Below are positions 26,222 to 38,753 of a DNA stretch of 64,000 nt, piece after piece. A program made the position numbers and the translations under genes. How positions within the stretch are numbered: position 1 is the stretch's first letter; every line of letters starts with the position of its first letter. Source of the DNA: Neoechinorhynchus agilis (taxonomy: Eukaryota > Animalia > Acanthocephala); assembly GCA_051530055.1 (NCBI GenBank), contig CM121341.1, positions 13,680,784 through 13,744,783 on the forward strand. Reading direction: 5' to 3'. The notes under the pieces were generated by a model. It had not been told where the DNA came from, ran no database searches, and worked only from the letters and a program-made list of their open reading frames with translations.

Positions 26222-27941
26222 TTACTTAAGAAGTGCGACAGGCGTCAAAAGGTTCCACATAGATTGTGATTTCTCATAAAGAACTTCCGAAAGGGACACT
26301 TTATACGGAATGCAGCCAAAAGTTCGTTTGTGATCTTCTCGAACATAATCCAATTTCGTCTTTAGCTTTTCTCTGAGTACTTTGATACTAGGGCGCTCCT
26401 TTACGATTTTTCCTTTATCAAAATACAAATCTAAAAGAGATTCAACTCTCTTAGGTCTAACCCTCGCTCTTTTTGAAACGACGAAAGGGTGCCTGATAAG
26501 AAACTCTTTCCCCTCTTCAGGTGCTGGTTCATCATAAGACGTAAGTAGGTCACAAATAGCGATTCCATCTTCACCGAAGAATCTATAAGCTCGCTTCCTA
26601 TAGGGAAGCAGCATCTTAGTGAGATCGTCGCTTACTTTAAGTCTTGGAATGCCGTTTAGTTCGACGAGTTTATAGACGCAACCGAGAGCCGGTTGTTTGT
26701 AACAAGTAACAAGATGGGTGCCAACTCCAAAAGCGTCGATGGAGTTGCGTTGTTCTCTCATTGTAAAATCAGACAAAGACAATCAAACGAATACTCCCTG
26801 TTGTCTATGCTAACATAAAAAGAATATCTTCAGAAATATCGCTACTGGCAACGATCTGTAGATGCTCGAACTCCGGAATCGAATATTGTTTGGACACTTT
26901 TTTAAACCAATTTCGTGATTCATTGGACAAATAAATAAGATCCCCACTATCCAATCGGACACCCACGGGCTTGTAGCCGAGTAGGAAGAGACACAAAGCA
27001 ACCGAACAGAAATTCGCTATACCGCTTTTAAGAATATTGTAAGTATCGATCAAAACAAGAAACCTGTTAGGTGATGAAATTGCATAAGAAATCATAGCAG
27101 CGAATTCTCCCTCATTGCATCCATCTTGAGAACACGAATGTTTAAGCTACAATCCCAAACTAACATTCACGTTCCTTATTGGCATTCCGATCTTTTCTTC
27201 CAAATCGTTTCTCATACTCACACAAAAGTTCTTAAAATCTACCATTGCATTTGTCTTAAGGTTTCTAAGATACGTTGATCGATCACCCAAATCTTTCAGG
27301 TTCTGATAGCTCATAATGAAAGAGTGTGCAATTGTCCCAGACAATGGAATGCCGTATATCTTAGATGCCAAGACATTACTGGTAGAACTACAACCGCCAA
27401 GGAAAGCGTATCTCGATCCAGACAACGCTCCGTTTGGCCCATGAGCTTTGCGTGCTCCAAACTCGGCAATCGGTTTTTCGCCTGCAGCCTGGACGAATTT
27501 ACAGGCGTTCGTTGTTACGAGACTCGCGTAACCGACCAAATTCAAAAGGGCTGTCTCAAGAAGTTGTAGCTTACCAAGCGGACCGGAGACTTGGATAAGA
27601 GGAACATGAGGAAAAACTGGCGTTCCCTCGTCTATTGCATAAAGCTTAACATCATCCATTGTGACTGATTTTAGATAATCATAAAACTCCGAACATACAC
27701 CAGGAAACATCACAGATCGAAGCCACTCTGCATCGTCATTGGTTATTCTGAACTCTTCCAAAAGTTTAAGACAGTCTTCGAGACCTGCAAATACGCAAAA
27801 TTCACCTCCAAATGGGCATTTGCGGAAAAATATTTCGAAAATTGCATGATCGGTATGTTTTCCCGTTTGCCAATACGCGTGAACCATGGTGAGTTCGTAG
27901 TAGTCAACTAGAAGGGTAATCGGTCTTACGCAGTTGTCCAT
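26222..27941 (-). CDS. NAPRT: Nicotinate phosphoribosyltransferase, 3 exons; both introns lack a homology-preserving GT-AG placement
   Basis: DYYELTM, EFGARKAHG, GTIAHSF, LIDTYN, GVRLDSGDL, IDAFGVGTHLVTC, LGCVYKLVE. Confidence 0.95.
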
Positions 27942-28781
27942 CTATAAAGCGAATTTTTTTACGAGAGTCGCGCATTTGATTATTTAGAACAAATCGGACA
28001 TTGCGGCGAAATGTTTGTGTTTGTATCTGGCTTAAAAAATTAAAAGAATTTATGGATTCCAACATTTCACAGGCGCATTCTTATGCCTTTATCAAAGTTG
28101 TTAAAGTGTCTTATACAAATAAAATCGATTCCCGGTTAGAATACATGAACCAAATAAATTATTACCTAATTTCGATATCTTCTCATAGAATAGTCAAATA
28201 CGCACAAATGCGTTGCTCGGAAAAGGATGATCTTGCAGTCAAGAAAAAACGCGGAGGCGTACACGAATGACAAAGACGTCAAACGATCCGTCGGATGTAA
28301 AAGACACGGGAAAGTTAGGTCGATCCACCAGACCTGAATTAAGATCGCTTCGATATTTCCTAATTGCACGAAACTTCGTTCTTTCTTATTGTAAAGCCTA
28401 TTGGATAATGCAGAAATCGATAATCTTTCAAAGAACGGATTATGTTGATTTAAAACGTTTCATTAAATGTTTTTTCCGGCAAGCCGGTTCTATTGATTCT
28501 GATTTAGGGCATCCCTTCCTCGGCTTTATAGTTTTTCCCGTCTTGGTAAGAATCCACACCGATCTCTTACATTAGTTTCTTCGTTGGCTTTGGGAGATTT
28601 TTTAAATGGAACGCGTATTGACATTATATGCGATTATTAAACGCAATTGATAGATTGATTAATTTTTATAAGTTTCTTTTCTAAAAGGAAATGATGTTTC
28701 ACTGATTTTCGTTGTTTAAAAAATGTTACGGTGAAATTGTTCTTTGAACATTGATCGAAGTGAATGAAACTTTATATGAAC

Positions 28782-30275
28782 CTATTTTCGCGTTCTGAGT
28801 AGTGAAATATCCTAAGAATATCTTCAACAACACAAGTAGTGAATTTTATTTTTCCGAAATTACCTGGTTCATAGTTTCGTACATTCGCCTCATTTCAGCT
28901 GCTACATCCATAACCATTTCCCACTTTTGCCTCTTGTCCGCCTCCTCTTCCATTTTCGTTCGTTGGACTTCTCGCACTTTATCCACAAGACCTACAATTT
29001 GTCGATTTAGCTGTTCTCTGTACAACTGAAAATTTGCCGACTCTTTCTGATAATCACGGAGTACTTTACTTAGAGAGCTATTGTCTTTCTCGAGCCTCAC
29101 TATTATGAAGATCAGTTTCTTAAAGACTTTTTTGACATCTTCGCAACATAAAGTATTAAGAGTACAAAAGGTTTTTAAACAATCGGTGAGTGCCTCATAT
29201 TCTATCGCAATTGCGTTTCGGCTATTGATCAATCCTTGAAGCTCATATGCGGATAAATCCACTTCTTCGCTAATATTTGCATTATCGAATACATGGAGAA
29301 ATTTTGAAGAATCCATGTGTTCGGTTAACTTCCGAATGCCACTCTGATACTTTTCTAGTAAAGACAATTTACTCTCGAGCATTTTGTCTGTATCACGATC
29401 TACTATTTTGCTTCCAATTCTATCTTTCTTTTCAATGATAATCTTGTCGTCGAGTAGTTCTTGATAATCACGAAGCGAGTTATTTGAATCGCTCTATTTT
29501 TGAAAGAATAAAATTTATCAATAATACTTGGGGACCGTAATTTAAGTATCGTATAAAATTCAATATAGGATTATTTTACGAATACAAGCCCAAAATCTAA
29601 ATAAAAATAATGTAGAGCGTATCATTTACGCTCGAATTTGAGCAGCTCAATCGTCATCTCCTTTGAAGTTAAATCATTTACGTACTCCTTGTTACTGGAA
29701 TCCATCGCCACAGTCAGAGACCGAACGTTCTCCACTAACTCGTTATTCTTTGCTTTTTCTGACACCAATCGCGATTCCACTTCGTCGCGCGATGCCTTTA
29801 AGGATTCAAGTTCTTTTGAAAGTAAAACATATTCATCTCTACTTGTAGTCAGATTATCTTTCAGCAGCTTTATCTCCGTTTCCATATTTGCTTTCTCGAG
29901 CTTTAATCCTTGCAAACTCGTTTCACAACTCACGTGCTCCACTAAATAAGTTTCTAATCGTTCACATGCAACTCCCACTTCTGATCTGTACTTATTTGAC
30001 GCTAATTTTAACAAGAGATTTTCACACTTTAAATGTTCGTTAACTCGACGCAATTCCTTTATCTTTTCAGCACATTTCGACAAATCTTGTCGAAAACTAT
30101 GTTCAGTTGTGTTATAAAGCTGCTTATCAGTGTCTTTAAATACTACGGCGCAATCCACCAAATCACGATTAACTACCTGAATGTTCTTATGATTGTTCAA
30201 TTGACGTTGCTTTACACTTAAATCACTTGAATTATTGGACAACTTGGAGAGTTCGTTGCCCTTTCGTCTGCCCAT
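28782..30275 (-). CDS. Unknown coiled-coil protein, 3 exons
   Basis: Two long heptad-rich ORFs (29622-30275, 28846-29382) plus a last exon 28811-28782 after GT-AG intron 28863-28812. Confidence 0.7.
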
Positions 30276-30796
30276 CTCCGATAAAGCATTCGAAACAAAC
30301 GTTTTCGCTGGTTAAAGTGTCACTTAGCAACAAATGCGGATGAAGATTTTTTAAGGTGGTTAACGGCTTTCTCCATCGGTAAGTTTCTGTAAAGTTTAAC
30401 GAAACAAATTAAACGTGCTTTTATGTTTCGGATAGTGAACATATTGAATCGCAAAGTGATCCGCAAACGGCCAGGCAGCATTTCTGTAAAAATTATATTC
30501 GATCGTTCTTCAAGGCCTATGGCAAAATTTTAGAAAAATGATTCAATAGGATTGCTTTTCGTATCTAGAATATAATCAATGTACACTCCGCTTCTACTAT
30601 TAAGATTTTAGAAGCGATGAATAATGCTTAACTTTATTTTTGGCTGATCCTTAGATATAATCGATTTTGAAAACTTTTTTGTAAGAATTAACAACACTTA
30701 TGCGTGTTGATGGAATACAAACACCGAAATAGAAAAAAAGCTAGTTTCTCTCACATAAATCATCGGATTATGGACTGACAACAAACATTAACTATA

Positions 30797-31766
30797 TTAT
30801 CGTGGCCTGAAACGCGGCACCGGGTACCGGAATCTGGGCCTCGCAAATCGATACAATGGTACTCGAGGTCGTCTACCTCTTGCGGTTCTGTTAGATCCGA
30901 GCAGAGGAATTAAACTTGCAACTGCAGCGAGAATTCCAACAAGTCCAAAAAGTCCAAGAAACACCGAGGGCACAATTACGGCGGCACGGTAACGATTGGC
31001 GTTTGGATTTGTGGTAAAAGCTTTTGGACACTTTGAAGCATGAACATAACTCAAATAAATTACTAACGGCAAAATTCATCCGGAGAAAAGCATGGGTCAA
31101 AAAGATTAGTGGTATTCCCTGGACAAAGTACTCCTGTGCCACTTCCATCATAGAGAGTGCAACGTGTCAGAGTTTGGGTCTCACTACCTTAATTTTATCT
31201 TTTTGAGCGAAGATTGCGATCGATGTAAACTAACAACAAGTTGCTTGAACGATGGTTGAAGGGCATGAGACTTGTAAGTTGACTGGTATTGAAGTTCCGG
31301 GACATTCCGCGCGTCCTTTAAGAGGAAAAATCCAGTATGGTTATCCGCCAGGTGCAACTCACTGCATAAATCGGCGGTTTTAAAGCAATTACTTCCACTT
31401 GATGTGACATTGCCCGTACATAAGATTCCAGTACCGAAGTCGCAGGTTGTCAGTATGTTCGTACGGGAACCTAGATCCTAAGTTATTGAGTTACTTGAGG
31501 TATATAGAAAACGTACAGCAAATGACCGTGACTTGAACGCCATTACAAATGGCTTGTCCATTAATTTGAAAAATACCAGCAGTACCGAAACATGGATTTC
31601 CCTGCCCTCCTGTTAAATGTTAAATACTTTTTAATCATGAAGCAATCATGAGCTTACTCGCTGAAGGATTCAATAGAATTGACAGTAGAATCACGGCTAT
31701 TCAAAGTGCATATGCTTGGATTAAGAAAAATCCATAAATTCAAAAACACATACCTCCAATAAGCAT
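30797..31766 (-). CDS. Cys-rich repeat single-pass membrane protein (start uncertain)
   Basis: Phase-1 GT-AG introns separate alternating Cys-rich exons. The final exon gives AAVIVPSVFLGLFGLVGILAAVASLIPLL followed by an Arg-rich tail. Confidence 0.65.
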
Positions 31767-32184
31767 TCAGGAATTCTAATGAAAAAGGGCTGTTGGGCTC
31801 TGAGACGTATGTCGTTTCAAAAAATTGATTCATATTTAAAGGCAAATAGCAAACAGTGGCGAAGGAAAAGTTGATTCATTTCTTTAAACGGAGGAATATT
31901 TGTATAGAGAATTCTCACCAGCGTTTCGTGAAAATTCACTAACAATGATCGCTGCGGTAACTGTGAGTTTGTAAATATTAAAACATCACAAAGGAAAATG
32001 GCCAAGCGCAAAGTTATCGAGTGCTTGTAAAGTTCTTAATTTCCCAGAATTTCACAGCCAAGATTTACTACGATCTTTAGATAATTTCTAAAACGTGACC
32101 CCCAGATTATCTTCACATTGTAGCATTCATATTTACCCTTTAAAGTATCAGGCTTTCCAACCTAATGTAAACTCTTAAGTAACG

Positions 32185-32535
32185 ATGCAAGACGCGATAA
32201 GCAATTTAAGAGAACGATACCATCAAGTATTTAATTCAATCGATACTCCAATGCGATTAATGGGAAAGTCGTATACAAATAAGAGGCTGAAAACTGTGCA
32301 ATGTGCAGGGGGAATAAAAATGAAATCTTTGTTAGTCACATCTGAGAAAAGGCCATTCTTTAAATGTTTAGACGCTAAAAACCACTTTATTGTTAACTGG
32401 AGGCTCGACGAACGCAAAAAAAGATCTCGTTTAAAAAGTGGTCTGTTTTACGATAAGAAAACGCAGAAATTCTTAGACTCATTCTTAATAGTGACAAATT
32501 CCACATTTCGGCTGGAATTCCTTTGGACGAAATAA
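32185..32535 (+). CDS. Hypothetical basic 116-aa protein
   Basis: ATG-initiated ORF between two genes; no homology recognised. Confidence 0.3.
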   Translation: MQDAISNLRERYHQVFNSIDTPMRLMGKSYTNKRLKTVQCAGGIKMKSLLVTSEKRPFFKCLDAKNHFIVNWRLDERKKRSRLKSGLFYDKKTQKFLDSFLIVTNSTFRLEFLWTK

Positions 32536-32760
32536 GCATTGTCTTAGCGTGCGCAAATCATTTCGCAAAAATCACTCCTCTAGATCACAAATGGTTTTCG
32601 ATCATCCGGACGGCGCAAAATCAATAAAGTTCAAACAGCGAAACTGCAATGATTCCTATTTAACTGAAATGGTTTCTCCGTCAATAAATGGCGGAACATT
32701 ACTGAAAGAATGGAATGGATTATAGCCGAGATTCGCCGGTCACCTTCGGTTCCTAGCAAG

Positions 32761-35700
32761 ATGGTTGACATTGAAGATGCTGAAGAGATTGAGATAGATG
32801 ACATCGAGGCTTATGAACTTCCACCATCTCAGCAATATAATTTCTCGCAGTGTTCAAACAACGTGCCGGAAAATCGTCTAATAATCCATACAATTGAATT
32901 GGAAAACTTTAAGTCTTATGGCGGTCGACAGGTTCTTGGTCCGTTTCATGACCGATTCTCGTGCATCATCGGCCCGAACGGGAGTGGGAAATCCAACATC
33001 ATCGATTCGATGTTGTTTGTATTCGGCTATCGAGCCCAGAAAATTCGAGGAGCTAATCTCGTGTCGCTTATCCATTCAAGTCCTTCAATTCCAAACGCAC
33101 AAAACTGTTCCGTTACCATTAACTTCAGACTTATTAAACATATTAACGAAGATGTGGACGAAATCGGTATTGATCACCATGTGATCGAGGCTTTTACTAT
33201 TTCGAGAACGGCTTTCGCTTCCGGTGGATCGACTTATAAAGTAGGCAAAATGAATGTGGTATTCTCGGAATGTGGATTCGGAAAGTTCTTGCTGAATATC
33301 GCATTCGTTTTTGATAAATGGGCGCGAATCGAGGTTCACTGATGTTCAAAACAAACTAAAATCTTTTGGAGTTGATCTCGTTCATAATAGGTTCTTAATT
33401 CTTCAAGGTGAGGTTGAACAAATCGCCGCCATGAAGCCTAAAAAGGAACACGAAAACGGCACAGGGCTTGTCGAATACCTTGAATCATTAATTGGCACCG
33501 ATCGATATATTAGACCGATAGAGTTAGCTCAATCCAGGTACGATCAACTTGAAGATGAACGACTTGAGCACACAAATCGAGTTCGTATTGCACTCAGCGA
33601 GTGTAAAGCTCACGAAGAGTCTTACTATCGTGCGATTGATTTTATGATGAAAGAGAATTTACTCAATTCTCTACAAAAACGATCGTTTGAGCTGGAGTTA
33701 AACGAAGTTAATCATATTTTTGAAGACAATTCAGCTGCTTTAAAGGCTGCCGAAGACGAACTTGGACTAATAGAGCAGAAACTGAATCAGTGCAAAATGG
33801 ATCATGATGAAAAGAAGAAACACGCGGAGAAAGCGAATGCGAGTTTGGCCAACGATACAAAATTACTTGCTTCATTAAAGGTGAAATATACTAAAATGGA
33901 TACGCAGGATTCCCAAAAGCGTAGTGAGGTGGTTCAGAATGAGAAATCGATTGAGGAAATTGACAAAAAGGTTGAAAAAGATCGAAACGAACTTAAAAAA
34001 CTGGAGAAGAAAGCACAAGAGAAACAGAAAGAGTTTGAGAAAGGTAATAAATTAAACGAATTGGAGGAGCAAGCCAAATATGCGGCAGGGCGTTTAAATG
34101 AAATGAATGACAAGGCAGTTAGCGATACTCGCGAAATCCAGCAAAGACTCGAAATGGAACATGGTAAAATGATGTCTCACCATCCAGCATATTCTGCAGC
34201 CGAGCAAAAACTTGAAGGCGCACTGAATATCCAACGAGCAACTAATGATGATCTTGAAAGTGTTTCCCAGAAGCACGAGGAATGTCTTCGTCAAATCGAT
34301 GAAATTGGTGAAACACTTAGAAGACTGGAGGCCGACGAAAGCATGAAGAAGACAGAGTACAATGAAATCGTGCAAAAATTGAGACATTTAAATGAACAAA
34401 TAACATTGAAGCGGAAACTTTATAAGACAAAACGCGATGAATTTGAAACAGTCAGTGAAGAGTTAAATATTCAGAAGCGTTGGAAGGATGCGAACATGTC
34501 GAGAAACGCGGTTCTCGGATTTCTCAGGGATCAAGAGGGGAAGGGCGAATTGACAGGCTTGAGAGGTCGTTTAGGAGATTTGGCTTATGTGGATCCCAAA
34601 TATGATGTGGCCGTATCCACTGCAGGCGGTGGATATCTGGATTATATCGTGACTAATACCATAAATCAGCAATTTTCCAGCGATGGTTTTCGTATCTAGT
34701 TATTGAATTTATAAGCGCTATTATTTTCCACAGTTAATTGAGCAGCATAAAGAGGTCATAAGTTAATTTCATCTAAATAGAAAAAGTTGAATGATTGCTG
34801 AAATAAAAGAAGCTAATCGGTGCATTGAATTGCTCAAACGCCATAATGCCGGCCGTACGACGATCATAGCTTTGGATCAGCAGAAATCGAAATGGCAGAA
34901 TGTGATGTCTAGACCGTTCAATTGTCCAATGATTGACAACGGCGTAGAGAGGATATTCGACATTCTTCAGGTATCGCATCCAGATATTCTTCCTGTGTTT
35001 TATCATGTGTTTCGCGACACTCTAATGTGCCCCCTTTTGAACATTGCTGACCGAGTAGCTTTCCAAGGTTCAAAGCGATTCCGCGTTGTTACATACCAAG
35101 GTCACCTATTTGAGACAAGTGGAACCGTAACAGGAGGTGGGCAGCCGCGACGGGGTAAGATACTTACTTCATCCGGAGCAGGGCCAAAGTTAATGGACGC
35201 AAAAGATTTCTCTTCTCTGGAAAATCGAATCTCGCTTCTTCGAGCAGAGGTTGAAGATATTCGTTCAAGTGTTGAAGAGATGGAGAATGATCAGTCGGGC
35301 TTGTCGGTAAAATGGGAAGAGCTAAAAAGTGAGCTGGGACGAGTTAAAGTTGAACTCGAAACGCAAAGAAACCTTTTGCCAAACAAGAAGCGCGAGTTAT
35401 TGTTTTTGGCGTCAAAAAGGGATGAGTTGATTCAACAAAGAAACAAATTGAAGCATTACGATGCGGAAATTGAACAACTTAAGAAAGAGTTTGACAGTAT
35501 TGCCCAGGTGTACAATGCAGCCAAAGAATCGGCGGATCAGTTGAAACACGAATTAGAATCGAAGACGGAGGCGATTGTGAGTGATGCAAAACGCGAATTA
35601 GTTTTAGCCGAGGATGAAGCTTTAAGGGAGAAGAAAAGGTTTGAGAGCTTGCAGGTCGTACTAAAGTTAATACCTAAACAGAAGCTGACTATTGAAAAGC

Positions 35701-36860
35701 GAATCGGTGATAGGATTAGCGAACGCGACAAATTGATTCAACTAAACAAGAGATTGAACAAAGAGATTGAAAATTTATCGCAAATGTCAACTGAGTTGGA
35801 GGAAGAGAGAAAAACGGTGGAACTAAGATGCTCCGAATTGAATAATCAGATGCATCAATTGGAGAATGAATGTAGAAAGATATTTGAGGAGATATCGAGG
35901 TTCGAGAATCAAAATATTGATAATCGAGAGAAGTGTACTCGCCTTGGGAAAAAAGTCGATGAAATGAATGTTGTGCGAAAGCGAATTTTTGAGCATTTAA
36001 ATGGGCTCGTGTTTCATAAGATAGAGGAGGAGGAAGATGACGATCCAGACGACAAGGTAGACAAAGAGGAAGTGCATGATGATGATTTAAAAAAGAAGAT
36101 AAACGAGCTTAAATCTCAGTTAAAGAACGCAATGCCGAATCTCGGCGTTGTTAAAATTTATCGGCAGAAACGAGCTGTTTTTAAGAAGAGAGTAGCTGAA
36201 GCCAATGTGCTTAATCAAAGACTTGAATTAGTCTTACAAAAACTTCTTACTTTGAAAAATCGTCGGTTGGATGAATTTACGAAATGTTTAAACATGATTT
36301 CAGCTAATCTGCGAAATATTTTTCGACAACTTACAATCGGCGGAGATGCTGAGCTTGAGATGGTGGATTCTTCGGATCCGTTCAGCGAAGGAATTGATTT
36401 TAGTGTTCGCCCACAGAAAAAGTCTTGGAAAAAGATCGCTAATATTTCAGGAGGTGAAAAGACTTTGAGTTCATTGTCGCTGATTTTCGCACTTCACTTG
36501 TTCAAACGAACTCCTCTTTATTTTATGGACGAGATCGATGCTGCTCTTGATTTTAGAAACGTTACTATTATTAGGAATTATGTGAAGGAATGTACTAAAA
36601 ATGCACAGTTTGTCGTTGTTTCCTTGAGGCAACAAATGTTTCATGGAGCAAACCGAGTTACGGGTGTTTCAAAAATGGACGGGATTTCCCATACTGTCAC
36701 TTGTATAAATAATGTTCTTATTATCAAGACCAAAAGAAAGACGAATAGAACGATTTTCAAACGAAAAATCACCAAAGATGATGATGGAGATGAGAATGAA
36801 GGAAGTTGTGCTAAACAGTCAGCATCAGACACGGCATGCGAAGTGAAATCTGAAAGGTGA
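32761..36860 (+). CDS. SMC4: Condensin subunit SMC4, 3 exons, two non-GT-AG hairpin introns (start at 32761, or upstream in-frame ATG 32710)
   Basis: ENFKSYGG, Walker A GPNGSGKSN, HNRFLILQGEVEQIA, hinge GRLGDLAYVDPKYDVAVST, signature SGGEKTLSSL, Walker B YFMDEIDAALD. Confidence 0.97.
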
Positions 36861-38235
36861 TTAATGTTTTGGATGCGAACCTTGGATGGGGCAATGAATC
36901 TGTTTCGATTTTTAAGCACGTATTTCTTAACAGCCATTCGATAAGTTCTCTTCTTATCTGAGGTCTGAAGCTTACATTAATGATTCGGAAATTCTTGCAA
37001 TTGAACTTTTTAGTGGCATAATTTCTATAGATACTTTTGAAATGAAATAGTAAACATTTCACATTGGGAAAATTTCCTTCGAAATTGAAAACAAAACCTT
37101 ACACATTTTAGAATGCAACTAATGCTCATATATTAGAAATTATTAGGGACGACGAACACAGTATTTGGAGTTAAAAATCACGGCAGCGCCATCTTTGTAC
37201 GTTGAAACGATTTTATTTTTAGCTCTGGTTAGACGAAATCTTTATGCAGAGCATTTGATTCGAAGTTAATGGATTTGCATTCACAATTATTTTCTAAGAC
37301 AAGGTAAATTGACTGAGTTGATTGAGTATGAGCGTTGGCGCCATGAAAAAAATTCTACTGAATATTTGTTATACAGATCGTCAAAAAATTATTTACAATT
37401 TCTGAAGATTAGGATAAAAGAGTTAAGGTTAACCGTTCACCGAAATTTCAACAAGAAACGCTAAGTGACCATCGGTTGCAGTTTAACATTTTATTTAATA
37501 AGAATAAAGGTTTACAAGAAACAAAATACATTTTATTTTCAAAGTTAAGATTTAATATGCTAGAAAGTGTGTCGATGATGCTTTCTGAAAGTTCTGAAAT
37601 TTTAAGGCTTACAAGAACTTAGCCTGCTGCTTTGATAAGCTCGATTTTACAACTGTACGCGATGAATGCAAGAGCTTTCTTTATGAAGTGCGATTGAACA
37701 AAATAATCATTGCGTTATATCGTTTGAAGGGTGAGGTAGAGTAATTCCGCAATAGAAACAAATAACCAAGTATCTTATTGTGGACGACCAACACACACAA
37801 AACGTGAGAGACAAAAAAATAGTTGTAGTAAGAGACAAAAGCGATGTACCTCAATGTACTTGCAGCCGCTGGGATATCCTTAAGATGTATTCATTGATTC
37901 CTTTTATCACAGCATTCCAATTATCGCATTTTATTATATCCTGCATAAATTTCGAGGCCATCTTTTCAAATCTGTAATTTAATTGAACTCGAGAGCTTAA
38001 ATACTGAATGCGAACCTATGATATTTGTGGAATCAGAAAAAAATAAAGAATTTAGTCGCCGGTAGTTTGAAATAATGTATTCTGATTCCTAGTACTCCAA
38101 GTATGAATGCGAAATTGCGATGTAATAATCTTCAGTCCTCCTTCAATAATAACTTCATCCTAGAGGTAAGTCCGTTTATTGCGAATCTCTGATCGATTGA
38201 CATTCAGAAGACCCCAAAGGTATTGGTAGAAGATA

Positions 38236-38526
38236 CTAGTAACACTGGATGTTCAAAAAGTCAAAAGTGACTCTTTGACTATCCCATCTTTTTATGTGAA
38301 TTATTTCTAAGTTTGTTTTCTTTAAATGCTGCGTTTCAAATTTGTTGTATGAAACTAGGAATGCGATCGCTCTTAGGGGTTCTACATCCTCAGCATGGTT
38401 TTGTGGCAGCTCGCATGAATCCAATGAAAGCGATAAACACAGCTTAATAAAAGGAAGTTGACCGACTATCGATAATGTTTCAGTGGAAGTTACACATTTC
38501 ACAGCCTTTTGTTGATGATAACTCAA
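38236..38526 (-). mobile_element. Possible decayed hAT-like transposase relic
   Basis: YHQQKAVKC...SIVGQL...LRAIAFL loosely resembles the N-terminal region of hAT transposases; no termini seen. Confidence 0.25.
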
Positions 38527-38753
38527 GTCGACACATCCTTTTTAAGAACAACATTGCCTCCCTGATAACTGTCGTTGCTCATAGTTCATCGCACGTTCCG
38601 GTTTTCACTTGAACAAAGCTTTTCACGCCCTCTAATCAACAAATGAGTAATTTTCGTGCCTTAGATGTTACAAACATTCTCCAAGTAGTCCCAGTTCGTC
38701 AGAACTTCATTCAAAGATATTTTGGTCTTTAGATCTTTTCACTCCAAATTGCA

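Noticed and set aside
26222-36860. Stop-codon reassignment or readthrough
   Set aside because: Most interruptions change frame, all three stop codons terminate genes normally, and the extra sequence does not align to homologues.
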